This document shows, piece by piece, positions 11,234-23,593 of a DNA stretch of 64,000 bases (positions are counted from its first letter, which is position 1; each line of letters starts with the position of its first letter). The translations under genes were made by a program, and so were the position numbers. Source of the DNA: Acidobacteriota bacterium (lineage in GTDB: Bacteria > Acidobacteriota > Thermoanaerobaculia > Multivoradales > UBA5704); the NCBI GenBank assembly GCA_040005235.1, contig JBDTZG010000013.1:1-64000 (forward strand), in the 5' to 3' direction. The notes beneath the pieces are model-generated. The model saw only the letters and a list, made by a program, of their open reading frames with translations, did not search any database and was not told the DNA's origin.

Positions 11234-11901
11234 GGTTCTTCCTTAGCGGGCGCCGCAGCCGGCGCGGGCGGGGTCGGTAATGGGCTGGGTGCGCCGGGGG
11301 CGCCGGGAGCCATAGCGGTCGTCGCGGCCGCGACCGGCGGCTTCGGCGCGAACGAGTAGTTGAAGTTGAGGGTGAAGTGATACACCCCGCCCGGAAGCTC
11401 TTCGGTGGAGCGCAGCGTGGGCTCTTCGAACGCCGGCATCTTGTCGAGATTCTCGATGAAGTTGGCCACCGCGTTGGTATTGAACGCGCGCCCTTCGAGC
11501 TCGATGTTCGAAGACGACATCTTCAAACGATCGAGCCAGAGCAGCTCCGGCAAGGCGCGCGAGATGTCGTCCATCACGTGGACCGGACCGCGCTGCGCGC
11601 TCTTCAAGTTGTCGATGACCCCGAGCTTGCGCTCGATCTCTTCTTTCTTCTTCTTGAAGTCCTCGACCTGTTTGATCACCGGGGCAAGCTCGTCCACCTT
11701 CCGTTCGGCGTCCGCGATCTTGGTGTCTTCGGTCGCGATCTGCTGATGCAGGAGCCACCACCAAATCCCGAAAGCGAGCAGGCACAAAACGATCGAGGCG
11801 ACCAGGGCCCATTGTGCGAGGTCTTTGCCTTCGAGGACCGGTTTGATCTTTCGAACCGACGTCGGCCGCTTCCCCTCGGCGATCAAGTTGATCTTGATCA
11901 T
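11230..11901 (-). CDS. pilN: Type IV pilus assembly protein PilN
   Basis: MIKINLI start, TM, coiled coil, DISRALPELLWL, VANFIENL. Confidence 0.92.
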   Translation of the reverse strand: MIKINLIAEGKRPTSVRKIKPVLEGKDLAQWALVASIVLCLLAFGIWWWLLHQQIATEDTKIADAERKVDELAPVIKQVEDFKKKKEEIERKLGVIDNLKSAQRGPVHVMDDISRALPELLWLDRLKMSSSNIELEGRAFNTNAVANFIENLDKMPAFEEPTLRSTEELPGGVYHFTLNFNYSFAPKPPVAAATTAMAPGAPGAPSPLPTPPAPAAAPAKEEP

Positions 11902-11905
11902 CGCG

Positions 11906-12964
11906 CTAGTCTCCCAGCTTGCGGATCGCCAACCCGACCGAGATGGCCATCATCGGTGCCACCGACTGCAACCAAGCCGCGTCGAAATCCTTCTCGTTGA
12001 AGCGGACGCGGCGGAATGGATTGAGGATCTCGACCGGCACCGAGAACCGCTCGCGCAGCACCTGCGCCAGGTTCGGCGTGAGAGCGCACCCTCCCGACAG
12101 CATCAGCTCGTCGACCGGCCCTTCCGAAGAGGTGGCCGAGAAAAAGTCGAAGGTCTTGCGGATCTCGCTCGCCATGTCGCCGGAGACCGCGTCGAGCACG
12201 GTGCGCGCATCGCCCGGGGCGTAGCGGTCGACCGGCTGGCCGCGCTTCAAAGTCTCGGACTGGTCGAACGAAAGGTTCAGGTCGCGCTGAAGCGATTCGC
12301 TGAACTGGTTGCCGCCGAACGAGATGTCGCGCCAGAACACGGTGGTGCCGCGCGACAGAATGTTGATGTTGGTGACGGCGGCGCCCATGTTGATCAGGGC
12401 GACGGTCTTCCGCGAATCGAGGTCGTAGTTGACCTCGTAGCAGTTCTGTACGGCGAAGGCGTCGACGTCGATCAGCGAAGGCACCTTGCCGGTCTGCCGG
12501 ACCACCGAGACGTAGTCGTTGATCTTGTCGAGTTTGACCGCGACTAGCAGCACGTCCATCTGGTCCCGCCCGGGCTCGCCTTCGGAGAGCACGACGTAGT
12601 CGAGGCGCACGTCGTTGATGTCGAACGGGATGTACTGCTCAGCCTCCCACTGGATCGACTCGGCCAGCTCTTCCCGCGGCATCGCGGGCAGCTGAATCTT
12701 TTTGATGATGACCGAGTGGCCCGAGAGCGACGTGGCGTAATTCGTGTTCTTGACTTTGGTCTGATCGTTCAACCGATGGATCGCGTCGACGACCAGCGCC
12801 GAGTCCATCACCGAGCCATCGACGATCGCTTCCGGAGATAGTGGCTCGACCCCCAAACGCTGAAGGTGGAACTCCCCTGCCTTCCGTTCTTTCAGCTCGA
12901 CCAGCTTAATGGCCGAGCTTCCGATGTCGAGCCCCACGACACCCTTCGAGCGCGAGAAGAACAC
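11906..12964 (-). CDS. pilM: Type IV pilus assembly protein PilM
   Basis: VGLDIGSSAIKLVEL, EAEQYIPFDI, VLLVAVK, LSGGCA, AISVGLAIR (actin-like fold). Confidence 0.95.
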   Translation of the reverse strand: MFFSRSKGVVGLDIGSSAIKLVELKERKAGEFHLQRLGVEPLSPEAIVDGSVMDSALVVDAIHRLNDQTKVKNTNYATSLSGHSVIIKKIQLPAMPREELAESIQWEAEQYIPFDINDVRLDYVVLSEGEPGRDQMDVLLVAVKLDKINDYVSVVRQTGKVPSLIDVDAFAVQNCYEVNYDLDSRKTVALINMGAAVTNINILSRGTTVFWRDISFGGNQFSESLQRDLNLSFDQSETLKRGQPVDRYAPGDARTVLDAVSGDMASEIRKTFDFFSATSSEGPVDELMLSGGCALTPNLAQVLRERFSVPVEILNPFRRVRFNEKDFDAAWLQSVAPMMAISVGLAIRKLGD

Positions 12965-13189
12965 CGCGGTTTGCCCCCAAAAGCCCTTTGTACAAGGCCG
13001 GTTACGGAGAAAGGGTTAAAGCTTCACTGGAAGCTACCAGCAAAAAACACCGGTGTCAAGGCGGGGATACGCCTATTGATATATGAAACCGTTACCTCAC
13101 TCTACACACCAACGGTCCTTACGGCAAGGCATTTTTTGCCCTTCGGGGAGGAGGGCGAGGTCGCGGCGCGCGGCTGCTAGAATCGGCCC

Positions 13190-13564
13190 ATGTTCGATGA
13201 CCAGGCTGCACGGGCGACCCGACTGCTCGACGCTCTGATCCGCTCCTCCGGCCAGACCGCCTCCTCTCTGCAGGCGCGGTCGCCCCGGTTGCGTGGCTTG
13301 GAAGACGCGCTCGAAGAGCGCGAGGATATTACCCTCCAGCTTCTCCTGGAGGCCCTGCATCATCTCGAGGTGCCGACCCACCTCTACTTCAGTGCGTTGT
13401 TTCCCCCGCCGGCCACCGGCACCGGGGGGCCGCGGCTCTCCGACCGCCTCCAGGCGCGAACCGGCGGAGCGCAAGCCCCGGTGGAGCCCGAGATCCCGAC
13501 TCCCACCGCCGCGGATCTCGAAGAGCGGATCCGCTCTGCGATCGAGCAGGCGCTCGGCCACTAG
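13190..13564 (+). CDS. Hypothetical protein, possibly degenerate XRE-like HTH
   Basis: 124 aa, LDALIRSSG...ITLQLLLEALHHLEV...YFSALFP resembles XRE helices; extended -10 TGcTAGAAT 6 nt before ATG; divergent from pilM. Confidence 0.6.
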   Translation: MFDDQAARATRLLDALIRSSGQTASSLQARSPRLRGLEDALEEREDITLQLLLEALHHLEVPTHLYFSALFPPPATGTGGPRLSDRLQARTGGAQAPVEPEIPTPTAADLEERIRSAIEQALGH

Positions 13565-13602
13565 AGTCGACCCATCCGTTAAGGTCGCCCTACTCCTGCG
13601 CC

Positions 13603-15132
13603 TTATTCCTGATCAATGCGCACGATCCGGAGCGATCGGCCGGCGAAGCCGTCGGGAGCGATGCCTGCGGCCGCCGCGCGGATCACGACGTCGAGCGCCA
13701 CGCCTTCAGGCAGATCGGCCGGCAAATTGAGCGAAAGGCTCCGCGTCTCGGCGCCGTCCGACGGGAGCACAACCGTGGAGCGCGTACCGCCGGAGGGCGA
13801 GGGAACGCTCAACTCGACCTTCAGCGGGTAGAGGAACGCCACCTCAGGTAGCCGACGCAAAACGACGACCAACCGGTTCGCACCGGGGCGGCGGCGAACG
13901 AGCACGGTGGTCGCGCGTCCGATCAGACCGGTCGTGCAGTCCATCGGCCCCACGCACTGGTCGTCGCGACCGGCACGGGGCTCGTACCCTTCCGGGATGG
14001 ATTTCTCGGTCTCGACCGAAAACAAGCGATCGCTCGCGGCGACCCAATCGCCCGGCGGGGCCTCGGTGTGAACCGCCACGTCGCTCTCGTCCCCGGCATT
14101 GGGCGCGGGCGGCCAGCCGAGAGTCGCGGCCACTCCCCGGTAAACCATCCGGCCGTAGACCCGATTGGCCGCCGGGGTGCCGTGACGGTACGGGGGAGGG
14201 TTCCGCCACATGCCGGTGGTGAAGAACTTCGGGGTGATCACGTAAGGCGCGCGTACGCCGGATTCTGCAATCAGCCGATGGACGAACGGCTCCTCCCAGA
14301 TCGCGGTGAAGAAGAGCAGGAACGGCACCTTGCGTGCGCCGAGGCGCTCCTCCTCCGCCCGGATCGCCCGAAAGCAGGTCTGCCAGCGCGACAGGAACGT
14401 GAACGAGGCCACCGAGTGATTGCGGTAGACGCGCGAATGGTCGTCGCCGAACTCGTCCCGCTCGTTTTGAGATCGGGCGAGCGAGCCGTTCGGCAGCACG
14501 ATCCCCGAGGTGTCCATGTCGTTGCTGCACGGAGCGAGGACCACCGCGTCCGGACTCAGGCGCGGATAGAAGTACTCGAGCGCGGCGACTTCGTTGAGCG
14601 TGTTGTAGCCCGGCAAGGCCAGCGTCCAAGCCTCGACCGGATGCCCCGGCGAAGCGCCTTTATCCCTTGCCAGAGCCTCGAACTGCCGGGGAAACGACTC
14701 CTGCTCCTTGATGCCCATGCCGAACGTCCACGAGTCGCCGACGAAGAGGACCCGGAACGTCCCGGCCGGCTTGGCCGGCGGGCCGGTGCGATACCCCAGG
14801 GCGTTGGCCGTGAATGTGTCGTCCCAAGCCGAGATCCGTTGCCGCGGCCGAAGCGTGTAGCCGATCCTCGGGGCATACCAGGCGGGAACGAACGCGCCCG
14901 GATTGTCGTGCAACGCCTCGTCGAACAGCGCCTGCCGTGCCGCGGGCGAAAGAGATTCCAAATCGGCCCGGCCCCGCACCGCCCGCCACCACCCGAACCC
15001 GCAGAGCGCGGCCACGCCTAAAGCGGTCATCCCGAAAAAGGCGAAAACTCGGGCGAGGCGGAGCTCCTTGGGACTGGAACGGGAGCCCTCCCTGCTCGCG
15101 TCGTCGGGTTCGCCTCTGGAGCTCGCCGTCAT
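13603..15132 (-). CDS. Membrane-anchored SGNH/GDSL hydrolase-family protein
   Basis: N-terminal TM, NALGYR, RVLFVGDSWTFG, ALPGYNT, CSND, terminal HGTPAANRVYG. Confidence 0.8.
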   Translation of the reverse strand: MTASSRGEPDDASREGSRSSPKELRLARVFAFFGMTALGVAALCGFGWWRAVRGRADLESLSPAARQALFDEALHDNPGAFVPAWYAPRIGYTLRPRQRISAWDDTFTANALGYRTGPPAKPAGTFRVLFVGDSWTFGMGIKEQESFPRQFEALARDKGASPGHPVEAWTLALPGYNTLNEVAALEYFYPRLSPDAVVLAPCSNDMDTSGIVLPNGSLARSQNERDEFGDDHSRVYRNHSVASFTFLSRWQTCFRAIRAEEERLGARKVPFLLFFTAIWEEPFVHRLIAESGVRAPYVITPKFFTTGMWRNPPPYRHGTPAANRVYGRMVYRGVAATLGWPPAPNAGDESDVAVHTEAPPGDWVAASDRLFSVETEKSIPEGYEPRAGRDDQCVGPMDCTTGLIGRATTVLVRRRPGANRLVVVLRRLPEVAFLYPLKVELSVPSPSGGTRSTVVLPSDGAETRSLSLNLPADLPEGVALDVVIRAAAAGIAPDGFAGRSLRIVRIDQE

Positions 15133-15236
15133 GGTCGGCGGATGCTAACACCGGCCGGAGATGACCTCCGACCTGCAGCAGATGCCCTTTGAGGGGAAAA
15201 AGCTTGAGATCACCGCACTTTACGGCTAACCTTTAA

Positions 15237-17077
<1,841 letters not shown>

Positions 17078-17081
17078 CCCG

Positions 17082-18701
17082 GTGCCCCTGGTGGCCGCCC
17101 GGATCGATCGAACCTCGGGAACTTCCCTCCGCGCAGGCCTCGCCACGGCGCTCCTGTTCGTCGGGCTAGCGATGTTCGGCGCCCGTTATCACTGGGTGGA
17201 AGAGGCGGGAACGGCAGAGCGCGACGGCTATGTCTCCCAAGCCGAGCAACTGCTCGCTGGGGAGCTGCCGAAAGATCCGTTCCGCCCACCGCTTTATCCC
17301 CTGCTGGTCGCGGGGCTTGGGCGAGCGATCGCCGATCCGTTCGCCGCCGCGCGGCTGATCTCGAACCTCGCGGCGGCCTGCCTCACCTGGATCGCCTGGC
17401 GCACCGGTCGCGAGCTGGGCGGCGGCCTGGCTGAGCAGCCGAAGACTGAATCGACCGGCAAAACCGGCGGCGAAACGATCGGCTCGTGGGCCTTCGTCGC
17501 AACGGCAGTCAATCCGAACCTCTGGATACTCGGCCAGCACACGACGACCGACATGACCTTCGGAGCGCTCGCCGCCGGCACGCTGCTCGCCGGTTTGATC
17601 TACCTGAAACGCCCCGGCCCGCGACCGGCGTGCGTTGCGGGCGCCCTGCTCGGCCTCGCCGCCTTCACCCGCGGCAACGCGATCTTCCTTCTCCCCGGCC
17701 TGCTGGTCGCGTTCTGGATGGCCGGCAAAACGTGGAGCTCCCGGTTGCGCCATTTGACCTATGCAGGCCTCGCGGCGCTCCCCGGCTACGTAGCCCTTTG
17801 GACTTGGCGTTACGTCACGTTCGGCGACCTGTTCCGCGACGACAACTGGAAGAACGTCGCCTGGAAGCTCTATGGGTATCCCGACTGGTCCTACCTCGAT
17901 CGAGTTCCTTTCCACGGCCTGGGGGAGATCGTACGGACCGACCCTCTCGGGATCCTGAAAGGCGGCTTCTCCGAGCTGGCCCGGTTCGCGGAGAGCGGCC
18001 TTGCCCAGCTCGTGGGCACGCCCCTTCACGCGGTGCTCTTCGTCGCGGCCGGCCTCTGGCTCATCTGGAGGAAAGATCGCGAGGCCGGCTGGCTGCTCGG
18101 CGCGGGATTCGTCTTTCTCGCCGCCGCCGCCTTCTCGTTCTTCACCTGGGGACGGCTCTTACTCTGCCTCCTGCCCGCGACGAATGCAGTCCTTTTTGCC
18201 GCCCTCTTTTCGGCGTCCGTAAGGGCGGAGGCAAGCTCCGCCCCTACGTCGGCAAAGCCCGGTTCGGCAGGCTCTCTCCCCCAGAAGCTGGCGCTCGCGG
18301 TCGCCGCGGCCCTCGTTCTCTCGCTCGGAGCGAAAACCGCATTCCGACGCCTTCCCGCGTTCGCCGACCGCCATCCCTATCTGGAGATCGCGATCCTCCG
18401 CCACCTCGAGCAGTCTCTTCCTCCCGGCGCCCGGCTTGGAGGAACCTCGCCCTTCGTGGGCCGATATCTCCACCACCCTTACGTCGGCATCCCCGACGCC
18501 TTCGGCCCCGAGTTGCGCGAGCCGCGGCTCTATCTCGAAAGACTGGAACGGCTCGCCCGCACCGAGCGGATTTCCTATCTGGTGGTCGGAGAATTGGACC
18601 TCCGCGACCGGCCGAAAGGCCTGCTCGGGCCGAAGCCTCCGGCGCCGTGGCTCGTACCGATCGAGCGGGGGGCTGGGGTGGCGGCTTGGCGCGTACGATG
18701 A
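17082..18701 (+). CDS. Multi-TM glycosyltransferase, GT-C fold (ArnT/PMT-like)
   Basis: ERDGYV acidic loop, RPPLYPLL, GLAAFTRGN, many TM segments; GTG 17082 just after the ftsB stop. Confidence 0.75.
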   Translation: MPLVAARIDRTSGTSLRAGLATALLFVGLAMFGARYHWVEEAGTAERDGYVSQAEQLLAGELPKDPFRPPLYPLLVAGLGRAIADPFAAARLISNLAAACLTWIAWRTGRELGGGLAEQPKTESTGKTGGETIGSWAFVATAVNPNLWILGQHTTTDMTFGALAAGTLLAGLIYLKRPGPRPACVAGALLGLAAFTRGNAIFLLPGLLVAFWMAGKTWSSRLRHLTYAGLAALPGYVALWTWRYVTFGDLFRDDNWKNVAWKLYGYPDWSYLDRVPFHGLGEIVRTDPLGILKGGFSELARFAESGLAQLVGTPLHAVLFVAAGLWLIWRKDREAGWLLGAGFVFLAAAAFSFFTWGRLLLCLLPATNAVLFAALFSASVRAEASSAPTSAKPGSAGSLPQKLALAVAAALVLSLGAKTAFRRLPAFADRHPYLEIAILRHLEQSLPPGARLGGTSPFVGRYLHHPYVGIPDAFGPELREPRLYLERLERLARTERISYLVVGELDLRDRPKGLLGPKPPAPWLVPIERGAGVAAWRVR

Positions 18702-18987
18702 AAATTGCCTAGAACGCGGGCGGCTCCAGTTCTGCGCTGCTCCTATCACCAACTTGTCATCGTAATCGCGGGCCAATTGCCACCATCAGAAATGAAACTG
18801 CGCTTATCCGGTTCGCATCCTTCGTAGGCGCGAGGAAATAGCGGCAGCAGCGTGGGGATAGCCGAAACCGTCGATCTGATTGTGGAAGATCGGGTCACGA
18901 TGGCGGCTATAGCAAGACCATAGCGGCTATCGCGGCTCAACATCAGCCCTGCCGGCGTCACTGTGAGCTGCAAAGAACCGGTAGCGA

Positions 18988-19025
18988 AAAGAGGCCCGGC
19001 GACTTGGGCGTCGCCGGGCCTCTTT
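18988..19025 (-). terminator. Rho-independent terminator of the CsgG-like gene (possibly bidirectional)
   Basis: AAAGAGGCCCGGCGAC-TTGGGC-GTCGCCGGGCCTCTTT 16-bp inverted repeat with A/T tails. Confidence 0.85.
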
Positions 19026-19051
19026 GGTGAAACTGGGATCCCTCGTGCGTC

Positions 19052-19681
19052 CTACAGGTCGGCGGCTTTGAGGCTCGCCGTGAGCTGCTGGATGCAGGGC
19101 TTCATCACCTTGTCGAACATCCGCTCATCGGCATCGACGCCGCCGCCGAAGCCGCCGACGTCGACGTTCGAGTGCGACTCCTCCGACCTCGCCTCGTCGG
19201 CCCAGACGATCTCGCCGGTCGAGGTGTCGATGAGACGGGCGTTCAACGCGGCGGTGAAGGTCGTCTTGCCGACGTTGAACCCGGGCAGGCCGCCGAAGCT
19301 CCCGCCGTGGGCACCCTTCTTCTGCGCGCCGTACTCGGTGACCGAGCCGGTCAGAAGGTAGTTGACGCCGAGGAGCTTGCCGACTTTGATCGCCGATTTC
19401 GGATCGACGTCGCCGGAGAGGGTCAAGCCCTTCTCCTGCATCAGCGCTTCCAGCTGCTCGCGCTCCACGACCCGAAACTTGCCGCTCTTGACCAGCTCGG
19501 TGACGAACACGTCCTGCGCCGCTTCGGCGCCCCCGTGAAACCACCACTGGTTGTCGGCCTTGTTCTTGAATTCGATGACCGCGATCCGCGGCTTGCTGCT
19601 CTTGTCGGCCGCCGAGACGAGGTTCGGGGCGATCGCGGCTGCGACCAATGCGCCGACGAGCCACAGGGACGTGCGCTTCAT
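19052..19681 (-). CDS. CsgG/HfaB-family secreted protein
   Basis: Signal peptide, KPRIAVIEF, LVKSGKFRVVEREQL, VGKLLGVNYLLTGSVTEY, ARLIDTSTGEI. Confidence 0.85.
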   Translation of the reverse strand: MKRTSLWLVGALVAAAIAPNLVSAADKSSKPRIAVIEFKNKADNQWWFHGGAEAAQDVFVTELVKSGKFRVVEREQLEALMQEKGLTLSGDVDPKSAIKVGKLLGVNYLLTGSVTEYGAQKKGAHGGSFGGLPGFNVGKTTFTAALNARLIDTSTGEIVWADEARSEESHSNVDVGGFGGGVDADERMFDKVMKPCIQQLTASLKAADL

Positions 19682-19825
19682 GTTCGATGACCTCCTAGGG
19701 AGAGGTCCCCTTTTGGAGGACCCGTTTGATCGCCCGCATTCAGAGCAGAGATGAGGGGACTTCCCCGTACTGGCGCTGCTCGGCTGCGAAACGTTACAAG
19801 TCTAATTCTAGCGCGTTTCCGCCCC

Positions 19826-22114
19826 TTAGAAGCTGTCGCGGGCTGGGCGAAGTGCGGCTTCCCGTTCCTGGGCGTCGACGACGCAAATCGCCGCCATGTT
19901 GACGATGTCCTGAACTTCGAGCCCCGGCTGGAGGACGTGTACCGGCCGCGCGAGGCCGAGCAGCACCGGACCGATCGCCTCCGCCCCGGCCAAGCGCCAG
20001 ACTAGCTTGTAGGCGATATTGGCCGACTGCAGCTCGGGGAAGATCAGGATGTTCGCCGGTTTCGACAGCCGGCTCCAGGGGTAGATCTCGGAGAGAATAT
20101 CGCCCAAGATCGCGGTGTCCGCCTGCATTTCCCCGTCGACTTCAAGCTCCGGAGCCTCTTCGCGCAGGATCTCGACCGCCCGCCGGACCTTGCGGGCCGC
20201 GGCGTGGGTGTTCGAACCGAAGTTCGAAAACGACAGCATGGCGACCCGCGGCTCGATCTGAAACCGGCGCGCAAACTCGACCGTCAGCCGGGCGATCTCG
20301 GCGAGACCCTCGGCGGTCGGGTCGATGTTGACCGTCGTATCGGCGAAGACGAACACCCGATCTTTGAGGATCAAAAGGTAGGCGCCGCAGATCCGTTTCA
20401 CCCCCGGGCGCAGGTCGATGATCTGAAGCGCCGGACGGATCGTCTCGGGGTAGGACTGGGTCATGCCGGAGATCAGGCCGTCGGCATCTCCCTGCTCGAC
20501 CATCATGGCGCCGAAGTAGTTGCGCTGACGCATCCACCTCTGCGCCTCTTCCCGGGTGATTCCCTCGCGGCGGCGCAGCTCGTGGTAGCGCGCGGCGTAG
20601 CGGGCGTAATTCTCCGATGTTTCGCTGTGGAGGATCGTCAGCCGGTCTTCAGCGAGGTCGAGCTCGGCGAGGCGCGGCCCGATCACCTCGCGGCGGGCAA
20701 GCAGGATCGGGTGGGCGATCCCTTCGTCGACCAGGATTTTCGCCGCGCGAAGGATCTTCTCGTGCTCGCCCTCGGGGAAGACGATCCGCTTCGGGTTGCG
20801 CTTGGCCTGGTCGATCAGGCCGCGCATCAATTCCAGCCGGCGGGAGATCAAGGTTTCCAGCCGCCGCCCGTAGGCGGCGAAATTCGCGATCGGCACCCGG
20901 GCGACCCCGCTCTCCATCGCCGCCGCGGCGACCGCGGGGGGGACGACCAGCAGGACGCGGTGATCGAGCGGCTTGGGGATCAGGTAGTCGCGACCGAAGC
21001 GGAGCGTCTCCAGGCCGTAGGCCTTGAGTACCGAGTCCGGCACGTCCTCGTGGGCGAGCTCCGCCAGGGCGCGGACCGCGGCGAGCTTCATCGGCAAGTT
21101 GATGTCGGTCGCCCGAACGTCGAGCGCGCCACGGAACAGGAACGGGAAGCCGAGCACGTTGTTGACTTGGTTCGGGTAGTCGCTCCGGCCGGTGGCGACG
21201 ATCGCGTCCGGCCGTTCCGCCCGCACGTCGTCGTAGGTGATCTCCGGATCCGGATTCGCCATCGCGAACACGATCGGATCGGGCGCCATGCCGCGAATCA
21301 TTTCGCGGCTGACCACCCCGCCGACCGACAGGCCGACGAAGACGTCGGCGTCGACCAACGCCTCGGCCAGCGTGCGCGACGGGGTCTCGCAGGCGAAAAC
21401 CGCCTTATAGGGGTCCATCTCCTCAGTCCGCCCCGGGTAGACGACCCCGTGGCGATCGCAGACTTTGATGTTTTCGCGCCGCGCGCCGAGCTCCAGATAG
21501 AGGGCCGCGCAGGAGAGCGCCGCGGCGCCCGCGCCGGAAAAGACGATCCGCGCCTGGTCTATCGTCTTGCCCGCCACTTCCAGGGCGTTCAACAGCGCGG
21601 CGGCCGAGATGATCGCGGTGCCGTGCTGGTCGTCGTGGAAGACCGGGATGTTCATCTCGGCTTTGAGGCGCCGTTCGATCTCGAAACACTCCGGCGCCCG
21701 GATGTCCTCCAGGTTGATGCCGCCGAAGCTCGGCTCGAGCAGCTTCACCGTCCGCACGAACTCGTCCGGATCTTCGGTCGCCACCTCAAGATCGAAGACG
21801 TCGATGTCGGCGAAGCGCTTGAACAGCACCCCTTTGCCTTCCATCACGGGTTTGCCGGCCAACGCTCCGATGTTGCCCAGCCCGAGCACCGCGGTGCCGT
21901 TGCTGATCACCCCGACCAAGTTGCCCTTGTTGGTGTACTCGTAGGCGAGAAGCGGGTCGGCCTGAATTTCCTGACAGGGATAGGCGACACCGGGGCTGTA
22001 GGCGAGGGAGAGATCGCGCTGCGTCGCGGTCGGCTTGGTGGGTACAACCTCGATCTTTCCCTTCCGCCCTTGGGAGTGGTAGTCGAGCGCGTCCTGCCGG
22101 GTGACTTTTCTCAC
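19826..22114 (-). CDS. maeB: NADP-dependent malic enzyme with C-terminal phosphotransacetylase-like domain
   Basis: [66 protein letters not shown]. Confidence 0.97.
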   Translation of the reverse strand: MRKVTRQDALDYHSQGRKGKIEVVPTKPTATQRDLSLAYSPGVAYPCQEIQADPLLAYEYTNKGNLVGVISNGTAVLGLGNIGALAGKPVMEGKGVLFKRFADIDVFDLEVATEDPDEFVRTVKLLEPSFGGINLEDIRAPECFEIERRLKAEMNIPVFHDDQHGTAIISAAALLNALEVAGKTIDQARIVFSGAGAAALSCAALYLELGARRENIKVCDRHGVVYPGRTEEMDPYKAVFACETPSRTLAEALVDADVFVGLSVGGVVSREMIRGMAPDPIVFAMANPDPEITYDDVRAERPDAIVATGRSDYPNQVNNVLGFPFLFRGALDVRATDINLPMKLAAVRALAELAHEDVPDSVLKAYGLETLRFGRDYLIPKPLDHRVLLVVPPAVAAAAMESGVARVPIANFAAYGRRLETLISRRLELMRGLIDQAKRNPKRIVFPEGEHEKILRAAKILVDEGIAHPILLARREVIGPRLAELDLAEDRLTILHSETSENYARYAARYHELRRREGITREEAQRWMRQRNYFGAMMVEQGDADGLISGMTQSYPETIRPALQIIDLRPGVKRICGAYLLILKDRVFVFADTTVNIDPTAEGLAEIARLTVEFARRFQIEPRVAMLSFSNFGSNTHAAARKVRRAVEILREEAPELEVDGEMQADTAILGDILSEIYPWSRLSKPANILIFPELQSANIAYKLVWRLAGAEAIGPVLLGLARPVHVLQPGLEVQDIVNMAAICVVDAQEREAALRPARDSF

Positions 22115-22153
22115 GGCGGCGGATTCTACAGGTCCGGCGCCTCGCGCGTTGGA

Positions 22154-22627
22154 TTAGGGGCGGGCTTGATGGGAGAGCAGAAGCTCCTCGAAGACCATCC
22201 GATAGACGCCGAGCAGATCGTCGAAGATTTTCTTGAACCCCTGCTCCAACGATTGCGAGCGGCCCCCTTCGAGGAAGGCGGGCAGGAGAATGCTCTGCTC
22301 CTCGCGGAGGTCGGCGAGCAGGCGATCGTTGTCTTCTCGGTCGGCCCGCGCGCCCTGGGCGCCCGGAGTGCCGGCCTTCGAGCTCAGACGCTCTAGCCCT
22401 GCCGCGCGCCGATCGACGAGATAGAGGGTATAGAAGAACTGGAAATATTCGACGCCGAGCGACTGCAGCAGCCGCTCCAGCGTTTCGAGCTTGGGCAGGC
22501 GGCCGTTTTCGTACTTCGAGAGCTGGCTCTTGCTGATGCCGGCTTCTTTGGCGACCTGGCCCTGGCTTTGGCCGCGGAGCTCGCGCAGGAGCCGTAGTGT
22601 CAGACCGAGGTGACGGAACATCTCCAT
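22154..22627 (-). CDS. XRE-family HTH transcriptional regulator
   Basis: LRLLRELRGQSQGQVAKEAGISKSQLSKYENG. Confidence 0.88.
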   Translation of the reverse strand: MEMFRHLGLTLRLLRELRGQSQGQVAKEAGISKSQLSKYENGRLPKLETLERLLQSLGVEYFQFFYTLYLVDRRAAGLERLSSKAGTPGAQGARADREDNDRLLADLREEQSILLPAFLEGGRSQSLEQGFKKIFDDLLGVYRMVFEELLLSHQARP

Positions 22628-22633
22628 GCCGAA

Positions 22634-22690
22634 AATCTATCCGGCATCGGTGTGCGAATTCAAGTCTAAGTCATTCAAATAGAATCACTT
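22634..22690 (-). promoter_or_regulatory. Sigma70-type promoter (TTGAAT-N18-TAGATT) with upstream AAGT-N15-ACTT palindrome
   Basis: -10 at 22634-22639, -35 at 22658-22663, palindrome at 22668-22690; same geometry at two other XRE genes. Confidence 0.75.
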
Positions 22691-22862
22691 AGCCTGCCAT
22701 CTTAGGCGTCGCTTTAGGATATTTAGTCGCGTCTTACGGCACTCATGACGGGTGGCACAGGAATAAATTGGCGACACGTAACTCTTTTGGACAACCTGGC
22801 GAAGACTCAAATTTTTTCTGCGAGGTTCTCGGTTTGCGGCATTCGGCGCGAATCCCGCGAAG

Positions 22863-23330
22863 TCAGGAGCCGCTCTGGGTCTCCGGCGAGGGGGAAGGTG
22901 CCCCTTCGTTTCGCGCCACGACCCGGAAGAAGACGACGTAATCGCCCATCTCGACGGCGCCTTGCGCCAACGGCTGCGGCCGTTCGAGGGCGGCCCGGAC
23001 GAAGGTGTCGAAGCGGTCGAGCGCCTGGCGCAGCGAGCCGCCGAGCGGCTCGGTGGCACCGAGGCCGAGATCGACCGGTCGCTCGCTCCCGTGGATCGCG
23101 GTCGCCTCCGCCTCCACCAGATCGTAGCGACGGAAGAACTCCTTCCGGCTGACCGAGAGGGCCGCGAGGATCTTCCCCAGAGTATTGAGCGTCGCTTCTT
23201 GCTTGCCATTCTCGATTCGCGAGAGTTGGCCTTTGCCGACCTTCGCCTCCGCCCCCAGCGCAGACAGGGTCTTCTTCTTGTCCTTCCGCAGGCGGCGGAC
23301 CGTTTCCCCGAGGTGCTCAAAGATTTCCAC
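22863..23330 (-). CDS. XRE-family HTH transcriptional regulator
   Basis: VRRLRKDKKKTLSALGAEAKVGKGQLSRIENGKQ; paralogue of 24379..24846. Confidence 0.88.
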   Translation of the reverse strand: MEIFEHLGETVRRLRKDKKKTLSALGAEAKVGKGQLSRIENGKQEATLNTLGKILAALSVSRKEFFRRYDLVEAEATAIHGSERPVDLGLGATEPLGGSLRQALDRFDTFVRAALERPQPLAQGAVEMGDYVVFFRVVARNEGAPSPSPETQSGS

Positions 23331-23336
23331 CCCGTG

Positions 23337-23393
23337 AATCTATCCGTCATCAAGTCGCGATTGCAAACGTAAGTTCTTTGGTATGAGTCACTT
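23337..23393 (-). promoter_or_regulatory. Sigma70-type promoter (TTGCAA-N18-TAGATT) with upstream AAGT-N15-ACTT palindrome
   Basis: -10 at 23337-23342, -35 at 23361-23366, palindrome at 23371-23393. Confidence 0.75.
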
Positions 23394-23593
23394 GCAAAGA
23401 CTTCCTACGTTCTCTTCGACGGAAAAATCAACCGCTCCCAAGAACCTGCCGGCCCGTTTGTGAGGGCTTCTACGAAAGAAGTTCTAGCCTGCGAAACGAT
23501 TTGGTTCGCGAGAGATTTTTTCGCCCGGCCTTTTCTGCGGTCGAAATCGCGCCCGGGAGGCGAAGACGGAGGGGCGCGCGGAGAAAGAGAGGA

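Noticed and set aside
13066-13096. GGTAAC-type ECF promoter upstream of pilM (and a similar one near 55750 upstream of mscS)
   Set aside because: The -10 element or spacing does not match the N16/17-CGCC pattern.
18746-18973. 75-aa minus-strand ORF in a lower-GC gap
   Set aside because: It starts just after a terminator, has no RBS and no recognisable motif.
19052-19681. Curli biogenesis locus
   Set aside because: No csgA/B/E/F-like neighbours; stand-alone CsgG/HfaB-fold proteins are common.
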